Positions 1 to 11,488 of a stretch of 51,290 nucleotides of DNA are shown here, one piece after another. The DNA lies in NCBI GenBank assembly GCA_963755715.1, contig CAVWLW010000022.1:1-51290 (forward strand). The letters are read 5' to 3'. Both the position numbers and the translations under genes were made by a program. Every line of letters starts with the position of its first letter. The stretch's first letter is position 1. Below the pieces are notes generated by a model. The model made no database searches, was not told where the DNA came from, and was given only the letters and a program-made list of their open reading frames with translations. Source of the stretch: an uncultured delta proteobacterium. Its GTDB lineage: Bacteria > Desulfobacterota > Binatia > UBA9968.

Positions 1-41
1 TAATCAGCGGGTCCGGAGTTCGAGTCTCCGGCGGCCCACCA
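1..41 (+). tRNA. 3' part of a tRNA, probably tRNA-Lys (truncated by window start)
   Basis: T-arm CCGGA-GTTCGAG-TCTCCGG and 3' end CGGCCC-A-CCA. The anticodon ends in T but is cut off, so Lys is inferred from the context. Confidence 0.75.
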
Positions 42-192
42 AAACTCTTCTTCCTTAGCGCGCGCGAAAGTTTGCGTGCCGCGTTGTTTGCTCGATCAAA
101 TTCGCTGTTGTTAATGCGACGTTGTGATGGGATAATCATGGAAGATTTCTGCCCAGCGATTGCGCCGTTCGATGATCGGGATGAAAAGATAG

Positions 193-714
193 ATGACGGA
201 CGAAGGTTTCACGTACGCTATGCATTTGGAGGTCTACCTCCAAGCGGCGGTGGTACGCGGCGTACTGGCGACAAACCAGGATCGACTGAGCAATTTTTTG
301 ATCGTCCGCCAGGGCGATGAGGTTTTTTCCATCAAGGACGCCACGTTGGAGACGCGCAACGGCAAGCCGATCTCGGTCGGCGCCGACGAATATTTGATCT
401 ATCTGCAAGAGGTATTTTTGATCGCCGACTTAAGCTCGGAAGGCGGTTCGCGACGATCGGCGATCGATGCGTTGTACATAAAAAAAAACCAGAGCAAGGC
501 TTTGTTCAGTGTCGGCCCTTATTTGCTGCAAGGAAACATTCACTTGCAGCCGGGAAGCGCGTTACACGACCTGCTCATGGAAAAGAGTCAGTTTCTCCCC
601 CTCACCGAAGCAACGCTCGTCGATCGTGCGGATCTGGGTCCGCGCACCTATCTGGTGAACCGTTCCAAGATCGGCTTTATGACCGCGATTGGCGACGGTT
701 TGGTCGAGCTCTAA
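193..714 (+). CDS. hypothetical protein with two internally repeated ~70-aa beta-rich units (DUF6812-like, from memory)
   Basis: 173-aa ORF. The halves align: VRGVLATNQDRLSNFL..FSIKDATL..YLIYLQEVFLI vs LQGNIHLQPGSALHDLL..FLPLTEATL..YLVNRSKIGFM. Confidence 0.7.
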   Translation: MTDEGFTYAMHLEVYLQAAVVRGVLATNQDRLSNFLIVRQGDEVFSIKDATLETRNGKPISVGADEYLIYLQEVFLIADLSSEGGSRRSAIDALYIKKNQSKALFSVGPYLLQGNIHLQPGSALHDLLMEKSQFLPLTEATLVDRADLGPRTYLVNRSKIGFMTAIGDGLVEL

Positions 715-723
715 AAATTTCCA

Positions 724-1032
724 ATGGTCATGCCTGTCCCAACGGAAATCAACCATATCAAATCGCGGGCCGTGGTCCGCATCACCTGGGACGACGGCCA
801 CGCGGGCGAGTATGCCGAAACTTATCTGCGCGGCTATTGCCCGTGTGCGCTTTGCCAGGGTCATGGAGCGCAGCGTCGATTTATCGACGTTCCCGATGCG
901 AAGTTAACGGGCATCGCTGGAGTTGGGAATTACGCCATTGAGCTTTTCTGGCATGATGGTCACAGCACAGGTATTTATACCTTCGATTATTTGCGGTCTC
1001 TTTGTCCTTGCAGCCATTGTCAAGCGAAATGA
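724..1032 (+). CDS. DUF971 / gamma-butyrobetaine hydroxylase-like N-terminal domain protein
   Basis: Motifs ITWDDGH, LRGYCPCALC and VGNYAIELFWHDGHSTGIYTFDYLR, plus a second CPCSHC at the C-terminus. Confidence 0.85.
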   Translation: MVMPVPTEINHIKSRAVVRITWDDGHAGEYAETYLRGYCPCALCQGHGAQRRFIDVPDAKLTGIAGVGNYAIELFWHDGHSTGIYTFDYLRSLCPCSHCQAK

Positions 1033-1084
1033 GCGCTTAGCGATAGTTGTCGGCGTTTCGAACTTTTCTTTCATCGCTGGAACC

Positions 1085-1504
1085 ATGAATTAACCGCAGC
1101 GCTGCTTTCCGCGATTATCCTCGCCGGCGGCAAGAGCTCGCGCATGGGCGCGGCAAAAATTCCTATTGCCATTTGACGGCGAGCCGCTGATCGTGCACAT
1201 GGTGCGAAAATTGAGCTCGTACAGCTTCTCATTCACGCTCTCGGTGAGGCCGAGGTGGCGGTGCCGTTTTGGCGGGATCGGGTGCAACCGCTCCAAGCCG
1301 TTTACCGAAAGTCGGTTCTCGCACGATGACAGCAACAATTGGATGCGGAAAAATTAAAAACCGACGTCATTGTACGAGCTGGTGACAACGCGAATCATCG
1401 GCGAAGCGGAGATTTGCGCCATCGACCCGGAGGGACTGAGTTTTGTCAAACTAAACTCGCCAGAAGACTATCAGAGCGGAGTACGACGTTGGCAAGGGGT
1501 TTGA
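1085..1504 (+). pseudogene. mobA: molybdenum cofactor guanylyltransferase pseudogene
   Basis: SAIILAGGKSSRMG (frame 1), then LLPFDGEPLI (frame 2), VAVPFWRDRVQPLQAVYRKS (frame 1) and DPEGLSFVKLNSPEDY (frame 2). Carries frameshifts, an in-frame TGA at 1327-1329 and a missing central part. Confidence 0.85.
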
Positions 1505-1619
1505 ATATTTTGGAATAGACGCAATCGCGCCCCGTCGGCGATGCAGTCAACTCTTGCGGTCTGGGCAGTTTCGCATCGGCAGATGCCATAGCGTTAGCAG
1601 GAGTCGGGCCGCACGGCGC

Positions 1620-1648
1620 TTGACATGGGAGTGGGTAATTTTTACTCT
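1620..1648 (+). promoter_or_regulatory. sigma-70-type promoter for tRNA-Leu/tig
   Basis: TTGACA (1620-1625), 17-nt spacer, TACTCT (1643-1648), ~50 nt upstream of the tRNA. Confidence 0.65.
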
Positions 1649-1695
1649 GCACTTCAAGTTAAAAGCGAACAATGGATTTTTTTGCATCTGTTTTT

Positions 1696-1778
1696 GCGAG
1701 AGTGGCGGAACTGGCAGACGCACTAGACTTAGGATCTAGCGGGCAACCGTGGGGGTTCGATTCCCCCCTCTCGCACCA
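1696..1778 (+). tRNA. tRNA-Leu(TAG)
   Basis: Acceptor GCGAGAG/CTCTCGC, anticodon arm CTAGA-CTTAGGA-TCTAG, long variable arm, GTTCGA, CCA end. Confidence 0.95.
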
Positions 1779-1925
1779 AACTGATCATGGCAACAACGTT
1801 TCACAAGACACAAGGATAGAAAGGTTGGTTTACTGTCACCGTTAGCTGATCGCGACGTGAATTACGCCGCGGGGTTGAATGGCCGTCCATGCAACAAGCG
1901 AAGGGTGTCGTGGCAAGAAGCCGTC

Positions 1926-3245
1926 ATGAAAATTGATATCGATGAATTAAGTCCCGTGCAGCGAAAAGTCCGCGTCGAACTTCCGGCCGAAACCGTCGTC
2001 GGCGAATTCTCCCGCGCTTACAAGAACCTCAGCCAACGAGTCCGAGTCAAAGGTTTTCGCAGCGGCAAGATCCCGCGCAACGTACTCCAAGGAATGTACG
2101 GGGATGAGGTTAAAGGCGAAGTGCGCTCCCATCTTGTCGAAGAATCGTTGGGAGAAATCGTCAAGGATCGCAACCTGCAGATCGTCTCGCGGCCGGAGGT
2201 GGAGACAGCCGAATTCGACGAGAGTGGACCATTTTCGTTTTCCGCCATTTTTGAAGTGAAGCCGGATTTCGAAGTCAAAAACTATCTCGGCATGGAAGTC
2301 GAAAAAGTTAAAATCGCCATCACAGAGGCGCAAGTCGAAGAGGCGTTGCAGCGGTTGCAAGAAGGCCATGCTCGTCTTGAACTCGTCGAAGGGCGTGAAG
2401 TGGTGCAAAAAGGCGACTTCGTCACGCTCGACTTTGAAGGAATGATGGACGGGAAGCCGTTTGCCGGCGGCAAAGGCGAGAATTATATGCTTGAAGTTGG
2501 TTCGGAACATGCGTTGCCGCAATTCGAGGACGCCGTTGTCGGATTGAGACTAGGCGAGCGGCAAACCGTCGCGGTGAGTTACCCGGAAAATTATCCGAAC
2601 AAAGAGATTGCCGGCAAAGCCGTAGATTTCTCTATTGTCGCGCGTGAAATCAAGCAAAAAGTTTTGCCGGTGCTCGACGACGAATTTGCCAAAGACCACG
2701 GTGAGTGCGCCTCCCTCGACGAGTTGAAGACGCGCATACGCGAGCGCCTGGAACACGAGCTCGGCCAGTATCAAAAGGAAGAGCTGAAGGAAAAGCTGGT
2801 CAGCCGGTTGATTGAAGCTCATCCATTCGCGGTTCCGCCCTCGATGGTGGAACGACAGACGCGCTATTTACTGGAACGCTACCAAAATCAGGTCGCCGCG
2901 CAACGCGACGCCGAGTCGCCAGCGCCGATGGAAGAAGTCCGGAAAAATCTCGAGCCGCGCGCGACGCGTCAAGTCCAGGCTACGCTGTTGGTCGAAAAGA
3001 TTGCACAGCTCGAACACATCGAGATTAGCGACAAAGACGTGCAAGAGCGAGTCGATGCGCTTGCGCACGCGGCGGGCGAGCGCGCAAAAACTTTGCGCGA
3101 GGTCTATGCGCGGGCCGAAGCGCGCGATGATTTGCGCGCGCAGATGGTCTTTGATCGGACGCTTGAATATTTGCTTGAGCGCGCAATCGTCAAGGAAGTC
3201 GATCCGCCGATTTCTAAGGTTGATGAGCAAGCTGAAAAAAGATAG
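1926..3245 (+). CDS. tig: trigger factor
   Basis: Ribosome-binding loop VKGFRSGKIP and an FKBP-like domain. Start reset to MKIDID at 1926. Lies upstream of clpP. Confidence 0.95.
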   Translation: MKIDIDELSPVQRKVRVELPAETVVGEFSRAYKNLSQRVRVKGFRSGKIPRNVLQGMYGDEVKGEVRSHLVEESLGEIVKDRNLQIVSRPEVETAEFDESGPFSFSAIFEVKPDFEVKNYLGMEVEKVKIAITEAQVEEALQRLQEGHARLELVEGREVVQKGDFVTLDFEGMMDGKPFAGGKGENYMLEVGSEHALPQFEDAVVGLRLGERQTVAVSYPENYPNKEIAGKAVDFSIVAREIKQKVLPVLDDEFAKDHGECASLDELKTRIRERLEHELGQYQKEELKEKLVSRLIEAHPFAVPPSMVERQTRYLLERYQNQVAAQRDAESPAPMEEVRKNLEPRATRQVQATLLVEKIAQLEHIEISDKDVQERVDALAHAAGERAKTLREVYARAEARDDLRAQMVFDRTLEYLLERAIVKEVDPPISKVDEQAEKR

Positions 3246-3278
3246 AATGCGGCTTGTGGTTAAGGGGTTCACTTACAT

Positions 3279-3881
3279 ATGAATTTCATCCCCATCGTGG
3301 TTGAGCAAACGGGTCGTGGCGAGCGAGCTTATGATATTTATTCGCGTCTCCTAAAAGATCGAATTGTCTTTCTCGGTTCCGTTATTACCGATGATGTCGC
3401 TAACCTTATTACCGCACAGTTTCTCTTTCTCGAGTCGGAAGATCCAGAACGCGATATTTTCTTCTATATAAACAGCCCGGGCGGTTCGGTGACCGCCGGG
3501 CTGGCGATCTACGACACCATACAATACATCCGGCCGCAGATCTCGACGGTATGCGTCGGCCAGGCGGCCAGCATGGGCGCGGTCTTATTGGCCGCGGGCG
3601 CCAAGGCGAAACGCTTCGCCTTGCCGCATTCGCGTATCATGATCCACCAGCCGTTGGGCGGATTTCAGGGCCAGGCGGCCGATATCGATATCCAAGCCCG
3701 TGAAATCCTGCGTATGCGTGAAGAGCTCAATAACATATTGATGAAGCACACGGGACAGAGCTTGAAAAAAATCGAAAAGGACACCGATCGCGATATGTTT
3801 ATGAACGGCAAGCAGGCGCAGGAATATGGCCTCGTTGACGAGGTGATTGCGACTCGGCCCGAAGGAAGCATAAAGAAGTAG
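3279..3881 (+). CDS. clpP: ATP-dependent Clp protease proteolytic subunit
   Basis: [27 protein letters not shown] and IMIHQP motifs. Confidence 0.98.
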   Translation: MNFIPIVVEQTGRGERAYDIYSRLLKDRIVFLGSVITDDVANLITAQFLFLESEDPERDIFFYINSPGGSVTAGLAIYDTIQYIRPQISTVCVGQAASMGAVLLAAGAKAKRFALPHSRIMIHQPLGGFQGQAADIDIQAREILRMREELNNILMKHTGQSLKKIEKDTDRDMFMNGKQAQEYGLVDEVIATRPEGSIKK

Positions 3882-3905
3882 TCGTAAGCTTTAAGCGGGG
3901 GTTCT

Positions 3906-5159
<1,254 letters not shown>

Positions 5160-5170
5160 GAGGAACCGCA

Positions 5171-7642
5171 ATGTTATTTCGAAACGAAAAAGACAAAAAA
5201 GACGACAAGGAGCAATCCGGCGGGCCCGTGCGGGTTCCTCTGCTTCCTTTGAGAGATATTATTGTATTTCCACATATGGTCGTGCCGCTTTTTGTCGGTC
5301 GCCAGCGCTCTATCAAAGCCCTGGAAGAAGCGACTCAGAAGCAAAGCTTGATTTTTCTTTCTTCGCAGAAAGACGCCAAGACCAACGATCCGGCCGAAGA
5401 TGATATCTATAAAATCGGCACGTTGGGCTCTGTCGTGCAAATGCTCAAGCTCCCGGATGGTACCGTCAAGGTCTTGATCGAAGGCAAGAAAAGAGCCCGG
5501 GTCGCGCGCTTCGTGGCCAATCCTGAATTTTTCTTGGTCGATGTGGAAGATGCCCCGGAAATTGTCGAGCGAAATACGGAAATAGAGGCTTTAGTTCGCG
5601 AAGTTCACACTACGTTTGAGAATTACGTCAAGCTCAAGAAAAAAATTCCGCCTGAAATGGTCATGTCCGTATCGTCGATCGACGATCCCGGCAGGTTGGC
5701 GGACACGATCGTCGCTCATCTTGGCATAAAGCTCGAGGACCGTCAGAATCTTCTTGAGACGTTTGCTGCGGCGGAACGCTTGGAGAAGGTGCTTGGCCAC
5801 ATGCGAGCGGAAATTGAGATTCTTGAAGTCGAGCGGCGTATCCGATCACGGGTGAAGAAGCAGATGGAGCGCTCGCAAAAAGAATATTATCTCAACGAAC
5901 AGATGCGGGCGATCCAAAAAGAATTGGGTGAAAAAGACGAATTTAAGAACGAAATTCAGGAAATCGAAGAAAAACTGAAACAAAAGAAACTTTCCGCCGA
6001 GGCCAAGGACAAAGTCGAAAAAGAGCTGAAAAAGCTCAAAATGATGTCGCCCATGTCGGCTGAAGCGACCGTGGTGCGTAATTATATCGATTGGATCATC
6101 AGTTTGCCCTGGAATGAATTTACCGATGATAAGCTCGACATCAATGAAGCGGAGCGAGTCCTCGAAGAGGACCATTACGGTTTGGAGAAAGTAAAAGAGC
6201 GGATTCTCGAATATCTGGCTGTTCAGAGTCTGGTTGGAAAAATCAAAGGCCCGATTCTCTGCTTGGTCGGCCCTCCGGGCGTGGGTAAGACTTCGTTGGG
6301 GCGGTCCATCGCGCGCTCCACTGGCAGAAAATTCATCCGAGTTTCGCTCGGCGGAGTACGCGATGAAGCGGAAGTTCGTGGGCATCGCCGGACCTATATA
6401 GGCGCGCTGCCCGGTAAGATCATTCAGTCGATGAAAAAAGCCGGGTCGAACAACCCCGTGTTCTTGATGGATGAGATCGACAAGATGTCGACGGATTTTC
6501 GCGGTGATCCGTCCTCAGCCCTGCTAGAGGTTTTGGATCCAGAGCAAAACACCACTTTCAATGATCATTATCTGGATCTCGATTACGATCTTTCGAAAGT
6601 CATGTTCATTACGACGGCCAATACACTGGATCGAATCCCGCGCCCGTTGCAGGATCGCATGGAGATCATTCGCATCGCCGGTTACACCGAGCTTGAGAAG
6701 CTCAGCATCGCCAAGAAATACCTCTTGGAAAAGCAAAAGGAAGCGAATGGGCTGACGCCGGAAAACCTGGTTTTCACCGATAACGCGATTCTTGGCGTTA
6801 TCCGCCATTACACAAAGGAGGCGGGGGTTCGTAACCTTGAACGGGAAATCGCTTCGATCTGCCGTAAAGTGGCCGTAGAAGTGGTGCGGAAAGATCGTAA
6901 CGCGCGCATTCAAGTCGGCTCGAAAAGCCTCCACAAGTATCTCGGTCCGATAAAGTTTCGTTACGGTAGGGCGGAAACCGAGGTCAAGATCGGTGTCACC
7001 ACCGGCTTGGCTTGGACAGAGCTCGGCGGGGAGCTGTTGGCGACCGAGGTTACAATCATGCCCGGCAAGGGGCAATTGATTATCACCGGAAAACTCGGCG
7101 ATGTGATGCAAGAGTCCGCGCAAGCAGCCATGAGCTACGTTCGTTCACGCGCCGCTGAGTTGGGTTTGGAAAGGGATTTTTATCAAAAGCTCGACGTTCA
7201 CATCCATGTGCCGGAAGGCGCGATTCCGAAAGATGGGCCGTCGGCCGGCATCACGATGGCGACCTGTCTCGTGTCGGCGTTGATGAAAATTCCCGTGCAC
7301 AATGATTTGGCGATGACGGGTGAAATCACATTGCGCGGGTCGGTGTTGCCGATCGGCGGCCTCAAAGAAAAGATCTTGGCCGCGCATCGCGCAGGCATAA
7401 AGAAGGTCTTGATTCCGGCGGAAAATGAAAAAGATATCGAAGAAATTCCGGCGACCGTTCTTAAAACGGTTGAGCTCGAATTAGTTTCGCATATGGATCA
7501 GGTCTTAAAAAAGGCGCTTATTCTCGACCATCCGGACGATTTATTTAGAAACGCTGCGGTCGAAACTCAGGCGAAAGACGATGCGCCGACATATGGTGAA
7601 AAGGTTGAGGACGTTCCCGCCCCTGAAATTCTACCCCAGTAA
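5171..7642 (+). CDS. lon: Lon protease
   Basis: Walker [16 protein letters not shown], catalytic PKDGPSAG and GGLKEK. Confidence 0.98.
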   Translation: MLFRNEKDKKDDKEQSGGPVRVPLLPLRDIIVFPHMVVPLFVGRQRSIKALEEATQKQSLIFLSSQKDAKTNDPAEDDIYKIGTLGSVVQMLKLPDGTVKVLIEGKKRARVARFVANPEFFLVDVEDAPEIVERNTEIEALVREVHTTFENYVKLKKKIPPEMVMSVSSIDDPGRLADTIVAHLGIKLEDRQNLLETFAAAERLEKVLGHMRAEIEILEVERRIRSRVKKQMERSQKEYYLNEQMRAIQKELGEKDEFKNEIQEIEEKLKQKKLSAEAKDKVEKELKKLKMMSPMSAEATVVRNYIDWIISLPWNEFTDDKLDINEAERVLEEDHYGLEKVKERILEYLAVQSLVGKIKGPILCLVGPPGVGKTSLGRSIARSTGRKFIRVSLGGVRDEAEVRGHRRTYIGALPGKIIQSMKKAGSNNPVFLMDEIDKMSTDFRGDPSSALLEVLDPEQNTTFNDHYLDLDYDLSKVMFITTANTLDRIPRPLQDRMEIIRIAGYTELEKLSIAKKYLLEKQKEANGLTPENLVFTDNAILGVIRHYTKEAGVRNLEREIASICRKVAVEVVRKDRNARIQVGSKSLHKYLGPIKFRYGRAETEVKIGVTTGLAWTELGGELLATEVTIMPGKGQLIITGKLGDVMQESAQAAMSYVRSRAAELGLERDFYQKLDVHIHVPEGAIPKDGPSAGITMATCLVSALMKIPVHNDLAMTGEITLRGSVLPIGGLKEKILAAHRAGIKKVLIPAENEKDIEEIPATVLKTVELELVSHMDQVLKKALILDHPDDLFRNAAVETQAKDDAPTYGEKVEDVPAPEILPQ

Positions 7643-7660
7643 ATCGTCATTTTAGCCAGT

Positions 7661-7704
7661 AGGTGCCGGGTGGTTTGACAACCCGGCACCTGTGCTGTTA
7701 TAAA
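7661..7704 (+). promoter_or_regulatory. inverted repeat after lon overlapping a sigma-70 promoter for tRNA-Val/Asp
   Basis: AGGTGCCGGGT/ACCCGGCACCT 11-bp stem with TTGACA (7675-7680) in the loop. Extended -10 TG-T-TATAAA at 7696-7704. Confidence 0.6.
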
Positions 7705-7871
7705 ACCCCATTGATTTGCAATCCTGTCGGTCGCAAACACTTTGGACTGATTGTCATCAAAGACCGAAAACGCTTGGCGAATCAGAAAGCCAGACCGTTC
7801 CCGTGAGAAGCGGCAGATAATCCAAAGATAAAAATCCTCGGCTGCACCATAAGGGCGGGCATTTACAACGC

Positions 7872-7946
7872 GGGCGGTTAGCTCAGCGGGAGAGCATCGG
7901 CCTTACAAGCCGGGGGTCACAGGTTCAAATCCTGTACCGCCCACCA
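7872..7946 (+). tRNA. tRNA-Val(TAC)
   Basis: Acceptor GGGCGGT/ACCGCCC, anticodon loop CTTACAA, GTTCAA, CCA end. Confidence 0.95.
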
Positions 7947-7972
7947 AAAGGGAGAATTAGAAGGTTGATATC

Positions 7973-8049
<77 letters not shown>

Positions 8050-8098
8050 TACCGCTTCAAGGGGGTTCGATAACTTTGCTCTATTGGAGTCTGCGCTC

Positions 8099-8524
8099 AT
8101 GAACAAGGAAGAAGCTCTGTCCCAGCGACGCTGGTTTATTGTCGACGCCCAGGGGAAGGTGCTGGGGCGAATGGCCACTGAGATCGCTAAGGTGCTGCGC
8201 GGTAAACATAAACCGATTTTTACTCCGAACCAGGACGCGGGTGATTTCGTGATCGTGGTCAACGCGCGCACCATAAAACTCACGGGGACCAAGTTGGAGA
8301 AGAAAATTTACTACCGGCACACGGAGTATCCCGGCGGCATCCGGGAAAGAACCGCGGCGCAGATGCTCGCAGAGAAACCCGAAGAACTGGTAAAACTCGC
8401 GGTGAAAGGAATGTTGCCGAAGAACCGGTTAAGCAGGAAGCTGGTGACCAAGCTCAAAGTTTACGCCGGTCCCGATCACCCGCACGATGCGCAAAAGCCC
8501 CAACCTCTCGCGATCGTAGCATAG
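8099..8524 (+). CDS. rplM: 50S ribosomal protein L13
   Basis: [22 protein letters not shown] and GMLPKN motifs. The ORF-track start overlaps tRNA-Asp, so reset to ATG 8099 (GGAG upstream; TTG 8084 is an alternative). Confidence 0.95.
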   Translation: MNKEEALSQRRWFIVDAQGKVLGRMATEIAKVLRGKHKPIFTPNQDAGDFVIVVNARTIKLTGTKLEKKIYYRHTEYPGGIRERTAAQMLAEKPEELVKLAVKGMLPKNRLSRKLVTKLKVYAGPDHPHDAQKPQPLAIVA

Positions 8525-8536
8525 GAGCACATACCG

Positions 8537-8929
8537 ATGGCGGAAAAAGTTTTCACAGCAACCGGGCGCAGAAAAACCTCGGTAGCGCGAGTTTTTTTGA
8601 GATCAGGCAAAGGCAATATTACGATCAACGACAAATCGCTGCAGGAGTACTTCGGCCGTGAAACGGCGCGCATGATCGTCCTGCAGCCCTTTGAGGTGAC
8701 TCAAACCAGCGGAAACTTCGATATCGACGTGAATGTCGTCGGCGGCGGGAATTCCGGGCAGGCCGGCGCTATTCGCCATGGTATTACGCGCGCCTTGATC
8801 GAAGCTAATGCGGATCTCCGTCCACCGCTCAAGAAAGCGGGCTTTGTCACTCGCGACCCGCGTGCTGTCGAACGCAAGAAATACGGCCGTCATAAAGCTC
8901 GTAAGCGGCCGCAATACTCCAAACGATAG
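8537..8929 (+). CDS. rpsI: 30S ribosomal protein S9
   Basis: [25 protein letters not shown]-terminal QYSKR. Confidence 0.98.
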   Translation: MAEKVFTATGRRKTSVARVFLRSGKGNITINDKSLQEYFGRETARMIVLQPFEVTQTSGNFDIDVNVVGGGNSGQAGAIRHGITRALIEANADLRPPLKKAGFVTRDPRAVERKKYGRHKARKRPQYSKR

Positions 8930-8964
8930 AATCCGGTTTCGTCACATCAATTGGTCTTTACTAT

Positions 8965-9010
8965 GTGTTGAGCGGTATCAGACGTGTGATGCCGCTCAAC
9001 ACTGTCTTTT
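8965..9010 (+). terminator. long hairpin between convergent rpsI and lptG
   Basis: GTGTTGAGCGGTATCA / TGATGCCGCTCAACAC 16-bp stem with one G-U pair and a 6-nt loop, followed by TGTCTTTT. Confidence 0.7.
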
Positions 9011-9106
9011 GTTATTGCAAAAGCCGGATTTAGCTTTCAGAGCTCTAACGCTGTCCTGTGTCGCAAACTGCGCTTGAAATAGCGATTGTACCGGCTTGGA
9101 TCCGCC

Positions 9107-10216
9107 TCACTCCTCCGCGGTGAAAAAGAACAGACCGATGAGCGCAAAGATTCCGTTAGGCACCCAAGCGGATAGCCACGGTGGGATTGCGCCGCTATGG
9201 CCGAGCGATACGCAAAAGGCGGCCAAGACCCAGTAGCCAAAGCCGATGACCATAGCAATGCCAAAGCTGAGCGAAACGCTGCCGCTCATCTGACGCTTGA
9301 GCGCAAACGGGATAGCGAGAAGAACCATCAACGGCGAGATAAATGGAAATGCAAGCTTGGTTTGGAGGTCAACTTCATAATAAGTGGCATCGATTCCTTT
9401 ACTCTTCATGTCGGCGATCTGCTTTTGTAAATCGAAGAAAGTAAATTCCTCGACATCACGCGCCAGCAACGCGAGATCCTCGGGTGTTTCAGAAATAGGC
9501 GGGTTTGTTTTGCTTTCTTGCGGCGTGATTGTCCCGTCCACCGATACGCTCCACTCCGTTGCGGCGTCGGTTTTCCAGCCCTCTTTCGTCCATCGAGCTT
9601 TGGGAATTTCCATGAGGCCGCGCAGGCTGAAGTCACGATTGAGAAGAAACACTGTGACGTTCTCCAGGGTATTCGCTCGCGCGTCAAAATTCTCGATGTT
9701 GATAAAACTGTTGTCGCCGCGTATCCAAATGTCGTGTGTGCCCAAAAGGCTTTGTTGCTGTTTGTTCTTGATTTCGGTTTTATAAATGGTTTGGGCGTTG
9801 TGCGTGAAAATGGGCACGAGCGATTCATTCCAGACGAACGTAAAAGCGCAGACGACGATCGAAAGGATCAGCAGCGGCAAGGCAATTCGCTGCACTGTGA
9901 TGCCGCCGGCGCGGATCGCCGTGATCTCATGGGTTCGGGCCAAGGTGCCGAGGCAAAATAGAGTGGAAAAAAGCGTAGCGAAGCCAATCGCACGCGAAAT
10001 CAAAAGCGGAGACTTATAAAAAAAATAGCGCAAAATGCTCGAGATCGAAGCCCCCGAATCGAGCAAGGTACCGATTCGATCAAAAAAATCGACCGTGACG
10101 TAGAGCACGGTCACAACCGCCAAACTAATAAAAAAGATTCGGATGAAACCGGCGGCCACGTAGCGGTCCAAGATTGCCGCGATAGGGAGAAATTTAAAAC
10201 GGATGCGGCTTGCCAT
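9107..10216 (-). CDS. lptG: LPS export ABC transporter permease LptG
   Basis: YjgP/YjgQ pattern ILDRY..., EITAIRAGGI, three TM helices either side of a periplasmic domain, C-terminal AWVPN. Confidence 0.88.
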   Translation of the reverse strand: MASRIRFKFLPIAAILDRYVAAGFIRIFFISLAVVTVLYVTVDFFDRIGTLLDSGASISSILRYFFYKSPLLISRAIGFATLFSTLFCLGTLARTHEITAIRAGGITVQRIALPLLILSIVVCAFTFVWNESLVPIFTHNAQTIYKTEIKNKQQQSLLGTHDIWIRGDNSFINIENFDARANTLENVTVFLLNRDFSLRGLMEIPKARWTKEGWKTDAATEWSVSVDGTITPQESKTNPPISETPEDLALLARDVEEFTFFDLQKQIADMKSKGIDATYYEVDLQTKLAFPFISPLMVLLAIPFALKRQMSGSVSLSFGIAMVIGFGYWVLAAFCVSLGHSGAIPPWLSAWVPNGIFALIGLFFFTAEE

Positions 10217-10228
10217 GCGTGCTTGACT

Positions 10229-11449
10229 TTACTTTTTCTTTTTGAAATTGCGCAGAAACTCTACTGTCGAAGCAGTCGCGCGTTCCAACGTTTGAGGGAA
10301 ATAGAGCGGTGATTCTCGCAGTGCGTGCCGGAAGAACTGCGCTCCGATGCCGCCCACTACCAAATTGGGGAGCCAGAGTGCCGGGATCGGGTGGAGGATG
10401 TTTTTGTCGCCGAGTGCTTTACCCAGGGACAGCAAGGTGTAGTAGGTCATCAGCCAAAAAAGGCAGAGCATAAATCCCCAGGATCTGTTCGTCCGGGAAG
10501 CGCGGGGGATCAGCGTCAAAGAAACGCCGAGCAAGCAAAATACCAGCGGCGCGAAGCCGAAGGAAATTCTCTGGTGTAGTTCCATTCTTTCGGCAATGGT
10601 TTGGACTCCGCCATCTTGTTTTGCTGCGATTGCGCTTAGCAGCTCGGACAACGCCATTTCCTTAGGCCCCGATTGTCTTTGTCGAACCGGGCCAATTAGA
10701 TCATCCAGGTCGAGTTTAAAATCGTAAATGTTGAAGCGCGTTTGGCTGAATCCTGGGCGGTTACTTTCGCGTTCGTAAATAGAGCCGTCGAAAAGCCTGA
10801 GGCCGAGCGTATTGGTTTCTTCGTCTGTGGTTATTCGGGCGACTTTACCAAGAATGATGTCCTCTCGCGTTTGGTCACGTTTATCAACGATTAACACGCC
10901 TTGAGCGGTGCTACCCGGGGGAACGACTTCCTCCACGTAGATCAGGATCTTGGGAAAGTCGTCGTTGAAGACTTTTTCCTTGAGAGCGGTTCCGACGCGG
11001 CTCTTGGCGATATTGTAAAGTTCTTTTTTTAATGCAAAGTTTGCTGCCGGACGGGCATACATCGTCAAAAACAGCGTGGCAATCGCGATCAACCACGCCA
11101 AGCACGCGATCGGCCAGAGAATCTGAGTCGGGCTGATTCCCGACGCTTTCATCGCCAAAAGTTCTTGGTCGTTGGACAAGCGGCCCAAGCCCAAGAGGAT
11201 CGCCAGGAGAAACGCCATCGGGACCGTCATCTCCAGAAAAGTCGGCAGGATTAACCCGAAAAGTTTGCCGACTTGGAGAAACGGCACGCCGCGTGTGACC
11301 ACCAATTCGATGAGCTTTAACATCCGCGCCACCAGCAACACAGAGGTAAATGCCAGAAGACCGAGAAAAAAGGGCGGAACAACTTCGGCAATAAGATAGC
11401 GCAGAAGAATTTTTCGCTTCACGTGCAGGCATGTTAGCCGGTGAAACAT
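10229..11449 (-). CDS. lptF: LPS export ABC transporter permease LptF
   Basis: ILLRYLIAE, GRLSNDQELLAMKASGIS, LWLPN. Adjacent to lptG. The start may be GTG at 11422. Confidence 0.88.
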   Translation of the reverse strand: MFHRLTCLHVKRKILLRYLIAEVVPPFFLGLLAFTSVLLVARMLKLIELVVTRGVPFLQVGKLFGLILPTFLEMTVPMAFLLAILLGLGRLSNDQELLAMKASGISPTQILWPIACLAWLIAIATLFLTMYARPAANFALKKELYNIAKSRVGTALKEKVFNDDFPKILIYVEEVVPPGSTAQGVLIVDKRDQTREDIILGKVARITTDEETNTLGLRLFDGSIYERESNRPGFSQTRFNIYDFKLDLDDLIGPVRQRQSGPKEMALSELLSAIAAKQDGGVQTIAERMELHQRISFGFAPLVFCLLGVSLTLIPRASRTNRSWGFMLCLFWLMTYYTLLSLGKALGDKNILHPIPALWLPNLVVGGIGAQFFRHALRESPLYFPQTLERATASTVEFLRNFKKKK

Positions 11450-11488
11450 GCTTTGTAAAATCCTCCGGTGAGAAACTAACGTCAGTCG

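Noticed and set aside
7711-7870. Possible decayed HU gene between lon and tRNA-Val (FG..., NPKIKI..., RAG in one frame)
   Set aside because: Motif spacing does not fit HU and similarity is too weak; only the absence of an HU gene here is supported.
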